Shown here one piece after another: positions 31,058-40,374 of a stretch of DNA of 64,000 bases. The position numbers were made by a program, and so were the translations under genes. Each line of letters opens with the position of its first letter. Within the stretch, counting starts at the first letter, position 1. The stretch spans positions 1 through 64,000 of the forward strand of contig JBLIRO010000003.1 of the NCBI GenBank assembly GCA_049472335.1. The letters are read 5' to 3'. The notes below the pieces were generated by a model. That model was not told the origin of the DNA. It did not search any database and worked only from the letters and a program-made list of their open reading frames with translations. The DNA is from a bacterium (GTDB taxonomy: Bacteria > SZUA-182 > DTGQ01 > JAFGSM01).

Positions 31058-31300
31058 GTATACTCACCAGTGATAAGTTCTCTGAAATCCTTAGATGTTG
31101 TTTTGATTTAAATAGGGTCACAATTAAAAATAAATCTATATAATTTCAATGTATTAAACACTTGAAGTGATCATAAAATCTTTGATAAGGTCCTGCATCT
31201 TTACTGCTATACTCAGATACAAGTTATCATTTGAATATAGAAGATAAAATCTTAAACAAATCAACTTAAATTTATTCTAGATTCAATTATGAGAATGAAT

Positions 31301-31329
31301 ATTACCACTCTTGGTGGGATTATTCATTT
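31301..31329 (-). promoter_or_regulatory. Conserved 29-nt leader element, copy 2
   Basis: Exact match to 3007-3035 in otherwise diverged AT-rich DNA. Confidence 0.6.
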
Positions 31330-31431
31330 TAAATTAATGTAGTCTAACCTTACATCTATAATCTTTTTTTTAAATAATATTTAAAAAAATACTGATATTT
31401 ATTCATTTTTAATTTTTTAATTTTTACTAGT

Positions 31432-31872
31432 TGATTAAGCAAATACCATACCAAATGTTTTTTAATCTATAAATCAACATATTATGCACAATTATAAATT
31501 TTGATTATGATATTATGTTAGTAATTTTATAACATTCTACCTTTAAATATTTATTATTTAATCAAAATAAAAATGTTAGTGAAAAACCAATGTTATTTTT
31601 TTATTAACATTTTTTTTCAATTAATTTTTTATTTATTTTAGATTTTTCTCTTTTCTATTAAATGAAAAATATATCTCAGCCAATCTAATTATTGGTTTAA
31701 GAAAATATATTAATTTGTTATTTAACCTATATGACGGACAAAACTTCTATTTCTCGCATTTTTAAAAAAGCAAGAGAAAAATTAGATTTTGCCTATGATT
31801 CAAGGTAACTTTTTTATAAAAAAAATTTTTGCTTATTATTCCTTAAAGGATTCTGGCAGGAACCTGTTAAAG
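31432..31872. repeat. Diverged direct repeat copy B (promoter module plus helicase 3' end)
   Basis: Colinear with 3525-3931. Confidence 0.9.
31438..31454 (-). promoter_or_regulatory. sigma54 (-24/-12) promoter, copy 2, facing the lux/heptose cluster
   Basis: Minus strand TTGGTATGGTATTTGCT fits GG-N10-GC. Confidence 0.7.
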
Positions 31873-33419
31873 GCCCCGGTAGGTTTTTTTTTGCGAAAAT
31901 GCTTGAATTGGGGCTTTTTGGCTATTGTGCGGGCGTAAAGGTTCAATCCCTTTATTGACAAGGTCTCCCAGACCCGTCCGCCCAGGACAAATATGGTCCC
32001 TGGGACGGCCTGAAGGCCAATTTCCCCAATCTGACTGCCTGTGTTCTTGTCTATAACCCTGTATTCTCTTAGAGTGGGGATATTGGAATGTATAACGCCC
32101 TTTTCTCCCAGATCCATGAGTTTTTCGGTTGCATAAAACCGGTCCCTCTTCTGATTAATATATCCCAGGTCTGTCAGGTGGCTCATAATGGTCTCAACCT
32201 GATAAGTATCAACAAGGGGACTGAGTAAAGACTCCAGGTGTGCCTTATCTTCTCCCCTTGTATGGGAAAAAAGGTATGAGAATATCTGCTGAACAGCCAC
32301 CGAGGGGTCCGGTTCATAATCTATAGGCTCAAGCTCGCCCTGCCGGGCCATATGCGCATAAAGTTTAAAACAAGCCTTCTCTTCCTCTGTCTCACAATAA
32401 CCAAGGACCTGCATGACCTCCCGCTGACGGCACCCCCTGCCGATTCGCTGCTGGAAGGAAGATGGGGTATGGGGTGGCCGATAGCAGGCTACGGCATCGA
32501 AATCACCTATATCAATCCCGATCTCAAGGGTCATTGTAGCGATGCAGATACCCCAGCGCCATTCCTGCAGTGCTTTTTCGGCTGAGCCTCTCATCTGCCT
32601 GGAAAGGCTTCCATGGTGAATAATGATCCGGTCTTTGGGCCAAAAGTTCTTCAACTCTGTTCCAAGCCGCTCTACATCCTTTCTGCTGTTTGCAAATATC
32701 AGGACCTTATGCATCCTCTTCTGCCTTATAAATTCGATCATCCTTTTAAGATCAGAAAAAAGTGTCATTGAAAGTGGTCTCGGCTCCCCTATCCTTATTG
32801 AGGTAACCGGCTGAAAATAGCGTTTAGCAGTGTCTTCGGGTTCATACAGGGTCGCTGACAGGGCGGCATATTGGAGGGAAGACCTCATATGCTCGAATCT
32901 TATTCTCTCGAGCAGTATACGTAATTGATCACCCCTGTAGCCTGCATCTATCAGGTGGATCTCATCCAGTATTACGGCCTTGAGGCCTTTCCATATATCA
33001 GGGTGACGACAGAGCATGGAATCGAGGGACTCAGGTGTTGTAAAGAGTACATGCTCCGGATCCTTTAAGGAAAATTCAGGCCTGTCACCTGTTTTTACTG
33101 CTGCCCGCAGTTCGCACTCTTTCAGGATGCCGTTCAGCCGGGTATGGATATTATTTACCAGGGCGCGCGTGGGTGAAATATAAAGGATTGAAAGACCACT
33201 TTCGGCTCCGGTTTCATGAATTCTTTCAACCAATGGGGCAAACACCGCTTCTGTTTTCCCGCTGGCGGTCGGTGAGGCTATAATCACATTCTCACCTTCG
33301 AGGATATGAGGAATGACAGCTAACTGGATAGGATTCAAGCTGCCGAATCTGCCGAAAAAAGGACTCCATGTCCTTTTAAGCCGTTTTTTAATATTGAGGA
33401 ATTCTTCCCTGGGATGCAT
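31836..33419 (-). CDS. DEAD/DEAH-box helicase, short Lhr-like
   Basis: SPTASGKT, SPTRAL, TTPESL, LDEIH, LSAT, HHGSL, TLEIGIDIG, QRIGR. Confidence 0.92.
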   Translation of the reverse strand: MHPREEFLNIKKRLKRTWSPFFGRFGSLNPIQLAVIPHILEGENVIIASPTASGKTEAVFAPLVERIHETGAESGLSILYISPTRALVNNIHTRLNGILKECELRAAVKTGDRPEFSLKDPEHVLFTTPESLDSMLCRHPDIWKGLKAVILDEIHLIDAGYRGDQLRILLERIRFEHMRSSLQYAALSATLYEPEDTAKRYFQPVTSIRIGEPRPLSMTLFSDLKRMIEFIRQKRMHKVLIFANSRKDVERLGTELKNFWPKDRIIIHHGSLSRQMRGSAEKALQEWRWGICIATMTLEIGIDIGDFDAVACYRPPHTPSSFQQRIGRGCRQREVMQVLGYCETEEEKACFKLYAHMARQGELEPIDYEPDPSVAVQQIFSYLFSHTRGEDKAHLESLLSPLVDTYQVETIMSHLTDLGYINQKRDRFYATEKLMDLGEKGVIHSNIPTLREYRVIDKNTGSQIGEIGLQAVPGTIFVLGGRVWETLSIKGLNLYARTIAKKPQFKHFRKKKPTGAFNRFLPESFKE

Positions 33420-34755
33420 TAGACAATAGGTCCTCCAGGTTTTTTAAGGAATAAAACCTGGAAAAGTCGAGGCTCTCCACCATGGCCTTTATAAACCTTC
33501 GAGTGGACTGAAAGCTATTGTTCTTTACCATTTCAAAAAGCCTCCTGCGATATCCTTTCGGTATCTGGTGTTGATATATCTTCTCATAAATATCCATCAA
33601 CCTGTAATATAGGTATTCGGTCTGGTGAATAGGAAGGGACTCTAATTCTATCTCATAAATATTGTATTCTTTAGAGAGGCTGAGTCTATAGTCCGGAGTG
33701 AAGGCAAAGGCCACCTTAAGAAAGCTGGGAAGCTGAAATACATATGGAATGCGAACATAACCGGAATATATGAGACCAGTCCTTTCACCATAATAATAAT
33801 TATCACCCTTTACCACCCTCTCTTCTTTCAGTTCATGCTCATCATTCGCTACCATAGAAAGGGCATTAAAGAAATTGACGGCCCTTGTCCATTCATAAGA
33901 ATAGCGATATGTACGGGAGGTTTCCGCCTCATCGAACATGAGGAGAATGCCTTTCAGGCCCAGTTCCTTTACCGCAAGCATTCCCAGGGCACTCAGGATA
34001 TTGCAGTATATATTTGCGGCCGTTGTGTGATCATAGAGGGTGCCAAGTTCAGAAAAGTTTGTCTCCTGCCCTTCTATCCACTCCCACATCTGTGGAGTAT
34101 CCTTCTCCTTCATTATCTTTTCCATTATCCCTTCCAGAAAGGAGTGACCCTGGAATGGATTCTTTCGAGAGCCTTTGCCTATCAGGGTCAATAGCTCACA
34201 AAAGGTATAATAGTGCCCCTTGTAAGGGAACCTGAGGTTTCTGATAAGATGGCGATAGATCCTCTTGGGGAAACCGGGTTGCGCATCACAGGGATCGATA
34301 CCCACCAGACTGACAGCATAATCAAGCTCAAATCCGCTCGCATAGAGATATTCAATCAGATGGGTCTTGCCGCTTCCATATTCTCCCCGAATGACCATCG
34401 TGCCGGATGATTCATCCTGCAACCATTTTTGTACCGTTTCTATCTCCTGTGTCCTGCCCACAGTCCATTCCCTTATCGACCTGGCAGGAACGATCCCCAG
34501 GCGAAAGGCCTCGATGACAGAGCGGGCCTCTCCGATTAACACCGACTCCGTCTCTTCTGAGTCCGGCTCATTCAGGGGCAGGATCTGTTTCCGTTCTTCG
34601 GGCAGGATTTCCGCTTCCAGAAAAGCCAGGTTGCTCTTTTTTAACCAGAGCTGCAAGGAATGAGGGAAGCAAACCAGGTATTCATGACCACGATGCCTTT
34701 TGTCAATCGCTATGCCCTCGCCAAATATGGCATGTCTTACCTTTAGGCATTCCAT
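33388..34755 (-). CDS. DUF2791/BrxD-like P-loop ATPase with N-terminal SH3-like segment
   Basis: VRHAIFGEG; IEAFRLGIVP...VGR; RGEYGSGKTH; LLMFDEAE. Confidence 0.8.
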   Translation of the reverse strand: MECLKVRHAIFGEGIAIDKRHRGHEYLVCFPHSLQLWLKKSNLAFLEAEILPEERKQILPLNEPDSEETESVLIGEARSVIEAFRLGIVPARSIREWTVGRTQEIETVQKWLQDESSGTMVIRGEYGSGKTHLIEYLYASGFELDYAVSLVGIDPCDAQPGFPKRIYRHLIRNLRFPYKGHYYTFCELLTLIGKGSRKNPFQGHSFLEGIMEKIMKEKDTPQMWEWIEGQETNFSELGTLYDHTTAANIYCNILSALGMLAVKELGLKGILLMFDEAETSRTYRYSYEWTRAVNFFNALSMVANDEHELKEERVVKGDNYYYGERTGLIYSGYVRIPYVFQLPSFLKVAFAFTPDYRLSLSKEYNIYEIELESLPIHQTEYLYYRLMDIYEKIYQHQIPKGYRRRLFEMVKNNSFQSTRRFIKAMVESLDFSRFYSLKNLEDLLSNASQGRIPQY

Positions 34756-34769
34756 TAAATATGCTTTTA

Positions 34770-36017
34770 CTATCCTTCCAGAAGTTTTAAGGTTGTATCC
34801 TGATCAAAGGCGCCCTTTGGCTCTTTCCTTACCATATGAAAAGCCTTAATAATCCCCTGCACAAAAAGCCTTATATAGCCTATATCACCGAATCTGCGTT
34901 CATAGGCCTCCTGAGCCAGCCTTTGTATAAATGGGGATATGCCGTCATTAAATGAGTATTCATAGGCCTCTTCATATACGGCCCTGAGCTTATTGCCGAT
35001 TTTCTCCAGCAATAGTATAGGCTCACGATCCATTTCTTCAAGGCGGATCTTTACCCCTGAAGGATTGTAAAAGTCGAAGACGCTTGATATTCGTTGTTTC
35101 AAAGCCTCATATACATTGGAGGCACCTTCAAAGATATGCTCATCTGGCAGGGCATAAAAGATCATAACATTCTTAAAGGAGGCGTGACCGCACTCATCAA
35201 TCAATTCTCTAAGATTGCTCAGCATCAACTCCCTCTGCTTACTGCTCAGGCTGGGTACCTGTTCCGCCTCATCAAACAGGATCACTATTCCGGAATAACC
35301 GATATTCTTTACCCACTGGATAAGGGAACGGACCATGGAAAAGGAATTGCTTCGGCCTATGGGATGCAACAGGCCATATTCTTTGTGAATATTCCTGTCA
35401 TAACCTTCCAGCTTTAACCATTGAAGGATGTTTCGAAAGTCTTTTTCACGCTCCTGATGCAGGAAAAGGAATGCCTGCGCAACGGCCTTGGCAAAATTGA
35501 TGTTTTCGATATTTCTCTGAATGGCCCCGGAATAGTTGATAAGTTCCTGGTCCAGGGTTTCCCCCTGGAGACCTGCTTCCATGAAGATCCCGGTCTGCCT
35601 TTCATACCAGTTTATGATAAAGGGCTCCATACCCTTTTCCTGGCCTTTCAGAAGCTCCTCAGGGGTCATCGGATACATGAGGTTATTCACTATGGCGCGA
35701 TAAACCAGCTCAAGCCGGTAAAAAGGAGCCTCTTCGGAGCTCAGATTGACATAGCTGACCACAAAGTTTTCATTCCAGGCCATCTCACGAATATTATACA
35801 AAAAATGTGTCTTGCCTCCGCCATAAGCGCCTATAACCAGTTTGAAGGTGGAACCTCCATCCTCTTTGACAAAGGTCCTCAGATACTCCTCCTCAATAAG
35901 ACGAAGATAATCATCCAGACCTACGGTGAAATACTGAAAACCCCATTCAGGAGGTGTACCGAAAGAACCTACGGTCTCAATAATTCTTCTTGCCGTGTGC
36001 TTATTTAATTGATTCAT
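34770..36017 (-). CDS. DUF2791/BrxD-like P-loop ATPase
   Basis: ARRIIETV...GTPP; KLVIGAYGGGKTHF; GYSGIVILFDEAE; NLRELID; YEALKQR. Confidence 0.82.
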   Translation of the reverse strand: MNQLNKHTARRIIETVGSFGTPPEWGFQYFTVGLDDYLRLIEEEYLRTFVKEDGGSTFKLVIGAYGGGKTHFLYNIREMAWNENFVVSYVNLSSEEAPFYRLELVYRAIVNNLMYPMTPEELLKGQEKGMEPFIINWYERQTGIFMEAGLQGETLDQELINYSGAIQRNIENINFAKAVAQAFLFLHQEREKDFRNILQWLKLEGYDRNIHKEYGLLHPIGRSNSFSMVRSLIQWVKNIGYSGIVILFDEAEQVPSLSSKQRELMLSNLRELIDECGHASFKNVMIFYALPDEHIFEGASNVYEALKQRISSVFDFYNPSGVKIRLEEMDREPILLLEKIGNKLRAVYEEAYEYSFNDGISPFIQRLAQEAYERRFGDIGYIRLFVQGIIKAFHMVRKEPKGAFDQDTTLKLLEG

Positions 36018-36116
36018 TAAAATCCAAAATCCTTCAAGAGGCTGTCCAATCGCCCCTTTCTTATGTTTCTCTTATACTTATCTCATGCTTAAATTCTCAA
36101 AAAACTAAACCATCAT

Positions 36117-37007
36117 TTAAATATGTTTGTGAAAACAGACAAAGGCAAAATGCGTACCGTCTCCTTTTAGGCTCCTTGGAATCCAGAGATTGTCATCCTT
36201 CTTTTTTGTCTGCTCCCTGCTTGCCACACCCAGCCGTAATTCGTAGCCTCCGTATTCACGTTGTTTCAGTCGAAAAAGATCATAGCTCAGTTGAGTACGG
36301 CTGTAAGTCCTGAAAAGCTCTTTTCGAGGGTCAGAAAGAAATTTCTTGTCCTGCTTCTGCCATGCTATCTCGCTTAACAAATAAATTATAGAGACATTGG
36401 CCCCGAACTCCAGCACCTCTTTTTTTATAATCCATCCATAAACATCAAAGAGAAGTTTAAGAAATACTTCCTCATCCTTAAAGCTTTCGTTTTCAAGATC
36501 TTCGTATATTTTCTCCGAGGTATTAGTGATATCATCGGCCACAAGCTTAGAGCGGCTCAATATCTCTATTTTCGGCCCATACCAGATCCTTACCTGGTCG
36601 TGCGACAATAAAAACTCCAGGGTCAACAGCCCTAACCTCAACTCCGGAAAATTACCTTCGATATGCCAGCCCTTGTCCCCAAACCTTCTATCAAGCTCCG
36701 CGCCTAAATACATCTTGAGCCTATGTTTAGGTTGCTCAAGGATTTTCTTCTTCTCTATGACAAACTCTTTTACCCTTTTCAAATCCCCGCGCAGTTCTTC
36801 CAGTTCATTTAGTTTTTCCAGCTTCTGTTCAATCCTCTTAAGTCTGTCCTCTATCTGAAAGACATTTTTATCCAGATCCTTTTCTAAGGCCTCCCCTTCC
36901 TTGAGACATTTTTCTATCTCCGCCAAATCCTTTCTGTTTTGATCTATCTTTTTCCGGAATTCCTGATAAGTATAGTTCATATTCACAATCCTCTCTATAA
37001 TCTGCAA
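36117..37007 (-). CDS. Hypothetical protein with N-terminal coiled coil, first gene of the ATPase-helicase operon
   Basis: 296-aa ORF, K/E/L-rich N-terminus, co-oriented with the ATPases. Confidence 0.75.
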   Translation of the reverse strand: MQIIERIVNMNYTYQEFRKKIDQNRKDLAEIEKCLKEGEALEKDLDKNVFQIEDRLKRIEQKLEKLNELEELRGDLKRVKEFVIEKKKILEQPKHRLKMYLGAELDRRFGDKGWHIEGNFPELRLGLLTLEFLLSHDQVRIWYGPKIEILSRSKLVADDITNTSEKIYEDLENESFKDEEVFLKLLFDVYGWIIKKEVLEFGANVSIIYLLSEIAWQKQDKKFLSDPRKELFRTYSRTQLSYDLFRLKQREYGGYELRLGVASREQTKKKDDNLWIPRSLKGDGTHFAFVCFHKHI

Positions 37008-37372
37008 TCTACCTCAGCCAGTCTAACAGACAAAAGAAAAATTGCAAGATTGAAGATTTCGGGTGAAGCTATGTATTTCTAAAAATCGACAAAATTATAG
37101 CATTAAAAAAATATTATATAAATATATAAGACAGGTTTTAGACTCCTTCAATGACCTTTTTACGATTATATCAATATTTGAACTCAAGATTCATTCTGGA
37201 TTAAAATACAGATTAATTGTTTTTTAAAAACATGACTACACAGAAAGACAAAGAAGTTTTGGACCAACACAATTATAAAAGCCACGAATTTCAAAAGGGG
37301 GAAGGTATTTCCTTTATCATATCATAAGATAAGAGAGGACATGTTTTATTTTTATAATAAGGAGGTGTATTC

Positions 37373-37705
37373 ATGAGAGAAAAAATTTTAATAGATCCGG
37401 AAAAAATTGACTGGCAACCAATAGAACAACTTCCTTCCGGTGCATGGATAAAGATGTTGAGTCACGATGAAGAGACCGGAGCATTTTCAGCTTTATTCAA
37501 ATTTGACAAGGGATTTGAAGAACCCAGGCACTCACATCCTTCTGATCATGATATATTTATTCTGGAGGGAAGCCTTGTCGACACTGATGGTAATGAAACC
37601 AAAAAGGGAATGTTTTTCTATGCCCCTGCAGGTGATGAACATGGTCCTTTTACCTCTCCTGATGGCTGCATCTTTTATGGATATTTCAACGGACCCCCGT
37701 TTTAG
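37373..37705 (+). CDS. ChrR-like cupin-domain protein
   Basis: HSHPSDHDIFILEG and PAGDEHGP; AGGAGG RBS. Confidence 0.85.
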   Translation: MREKILIDPEKIDWQPIEQLPSGAWIKMLSHDEETGAFSALFKFDKGFEEPRHSHPSDHDIFILEGSLVDTDGNETKKGMFFYAPAGDEHGPFTSPDGCIFYGYFNGPPF

Positions 37706-38741
37706 GGAATAGTTTTATTTTTATATTATTTGTTTTTGCTACATGAATTTACCTTTCCCCTATTTCTTTCTGCAATATTGTTAAATCAGAACATTATAAT
37801 CTTATAAAAATTCACTTAAAACTTGAAAGGTGTGAATAATTCTTCCCCAAATTTACAAATGCATACAAATGTATAAACGTAATATCTATCCTTTTGAAAT
37901 ATCAGTTGTTTCTATTTTGCCTATATTGATATCACATTGCTAATATTCTCAATTTTTCAAAAAATTACAGAAAAAAAGAAGGCTTTATTAACAGCATATC
38001 CACACTTCTTGTGGAAAATCTGATTAAAAAACTGAAATGTTTAAGCCCCCAAAATGATTTTTAAGAATTCATTAATTCTAAGGCAGCCAAATTTTGACAA
38101 AGCAGCTAAATCTTATTATATTATTAATTATATAAATAAATTAGTATAAAGACTTTTTACATCATTGTTTTTCTCAATTACAACCCTTTTCCTATAAACT
38201 ATAAAAATATTTAAACACTTTTCATAATTTAATTTTTTAGGAGGAATTAATACATTTAGACAAATTCAGTATTAGCTATGTGTATTAATTTTTATCTCGG
38301 AGTATTATTAAATTTCACCATATTGATTGATTAAATAGTAATAAAAATAATTGGTTCTAAATATTTAGTATTTAATTATTTTATAATATGTTGCAAAGCT
38401 TAAGTTTTATCAATAAATTATTATAATATATTTTATGCCAAAAACTTATTCAATTAGCAATTTATTTTTCCTAAGAGATTAAGTGAGATAAGGACTTAAA
38501 TATTAAAAAAGGTAACAAATTCATTCATGATACTATTTAGGCTTGTTTCCAATATTTAAGGATTTGACCCAGAGGGAATTTAAAAAGAAGCGTGCATTTT
38601 TTGGCAACTGAAAAAGCTACTAAAATAGCATTCTTATCAAAAATCGATAAGAATTCTTGAAAGGTGGTGATAAATGGAAAAGATTGAACAAGGATACAAG
38701 CAGGATTAAGTTTTTAGCATTATTATTAAGGGAGGCCAAAA

Positions 38742-40343
38742 ATGAATTGGAAAAGAGCCTTTGCATGTCTGTCGATTTCTTTCATCGTAATTTCATTGAT
38801 GTGTTCTTTAAATATTACCAGGGCTATGGGAGAAGATCTTACCCCAAAGGAGGAATTAGGCAAGGCCCTCTTCTTTGACAGGATTTCGAGTCCGGACTCT
38901 ATGTCCTGTGCCGCATGCCATGCACCTAGCACCGGCTTTACAGGACCTGTCGCAGGAATAAATCTGTTTGGCAGTGTTTATAGAGGAGCCGTTCCCCAGC
39001 GCTTCGGCAACCGAAAACCACCGAGCGCAGCGTACGCGACTTTTAGCCCGGTCTTTCATTATGATGCAGATGAAGGGCTTTTTGTGGGTGGAAACTTCTG
39101 GGATGGCCGGGCCACTGGAGAGGTGCTCGGAAATCCTGCTGCTGATCAGGCCCTCGGCCCGTTCCTGAACCCGGTGGAACAGAACAACCCCAGCAAAAAG
39201 GCCGTATTGGAACAGGTGGCTGCTTCACAATACGCAAACTTATGGGAAGAAGTCTGGGGAGAGCTGGTTAGCTATGAGACTGAAGCTGATATCGAAGCAA
39301 ACTACGATCGCATTGGATTGTCTATTGCGGCATATGAGGCATCGAGCGAAGTCAATCAGTTCTCATCCAAATATGACCTTTCCCTGAGCGGGGACGCGGA
39401 ATTAACTGAGCAGGAAGCATGGGGACTGGAGCTTTTTGAAGGGAAAGGCATGTGTTCAGCATGCCATCCCAGTGAACCAGGATCGGATGGCGAGCCTCCC
39501 CTTTTCACAGACTTTACCTTTGACAATCTTGGCACCCCTAAAAATCCTGATAATCCATTTTATAAGATGGATAAGGTATATCTTGATGACGGGACACCCA
39601 TCAATCCCGATGGAGCGGACTGGATAGACGAGGGATTAGGAGGTTTCTTAAAGACTTTAGATATGCTGCCTGAGTGGCAGGCCCTTGCTGACGAGAATAT
39701 GGGAAAACACAAGGTCCCGACCCTGAGAAATGTCGATAAACGCCCGGGCCTTTATTTTCCAAAGGCTTATCTTCACAATGGTGTTTTCAAGTCTCTAAAA
39801 GAGGTAGTCCATTTTTATAACACCAGGGACGTTGAGGATTGGCCGGAACCGGAGGTGCCGGAAAATGTAAATACAGATGAGCTGGGCAATCTCGGATTGA
39901 CAGATGCAGAGGAGAACGCGATCGTTGCATTTCTCAAAACGCTCTCCGACGGATATACACCAAGGGGACAAAATAGGAGGCCGTTATTTGTGAATATTCT
40001 ATCTTCAACATCCATCATACAGCTTAATTCTGAGATATCTGCACCCAGGTTTCTGTCAAATATAGGCATAACAAACGAGACAGGAAACAATAATGGCAAT
40101 GCTAACAATGGCAATGGTCATGTATTTACGGGACCTCCCTGGAAACAGGCGGAAGTTAACGGACCTCCATGGTATCTCAACGGACTCACCTGGTTCAAGA
40201 ATGATTCCGGTGGGGCATGGTGGTGGAAGGCATCCTTACTTGTTACTCCGGTGGGACCTGTATGGTATCAAAACGGTTCCAACGGCCCCCCCTGGTATCA
40301 GGACCCTGTTAGCGGTCCGTGGTGGGCCTCTGCGTTACTATAG
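38742..40343 (+). CDS. Di-heme cytochrome c peroxidase/MauG-family protein with Trp-rich C-terminal extension
   Basis: Signal peptide; ELGKALFFD; CAACH and CSACH; FWDGRA; KVPTLRNV; YLHNG. Confidence 0.9.
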   Translation: MNWKRAFACLSISFIVISLMCSLNITRAMGEDLTPKEELGKALFFDRISSPDSMSCAACHAPSTGFTGPVAGINLFGSVYRGAVPQRFGNRKPPSAAYATFSPVFHYDADEGLFVGGNFWDGRATGEVLGNPAADQALGPFLNPVEQNNPSKKAVLEQVAASQYANLWEEVWGELVSYETEADIEANYDRIGLSIAAYEASSEVNQFSSKYDLSLSGDAELTEQEAWGLELFEGKGMCSACHPSEPGSDGEPPLFTDFTFDNLGTPKNPDNPFYKMDKVYLDDGTPINPDGADWIDEGLGGFLKTLDMLPEWQALADENMGKHKVPTLRNVDKRPGLYFPKAYLHNGVFKSLKEVVHFYNTRDVEDWPEPEVPENVNTDELGNLGLTDAEENAIVAFLKTLSDGYTPRGQNRRPLFVNILSSTSIIQLNSEISAPRFLSNIGITNETGNNNGNANNGNGHVFTGPPWKQAEVNGPPWYLNGLTWFKNDSGGAWWWKASLLVTPVGPVWYQNGSNGPPWYQDPVSGPWWASALL

Positions 40344-40374
40344 TATTTATGTTAATTTAACAAGGAGAATTTTG

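Noticed and set aside
35421..36008. Long antisense ORFs (also 57848-58426, 3978-4439, 55669-56091 and other short overlapping ORFs)
   Set aside because: Shadows of well-supported genes on the opposite strand, with no motifs of their own
31836..37007. Canonical BREX system
   Set aside because: No pglX, pglZ, brxC/pglY or pglW adjacent
38601..38618. sigma54 promoter upstream of the peroxidase (TTGGCAACTGAAAAAGCT)
   Set aside because: GG-to-GC spacing is 11 rather than the required 10
40093..40374. N-terminal 94 aa of the 1015-aa ORF
   Set aside because: Overlaps the peroxidase gene; the RBS and signal peptide point to ATG 40375
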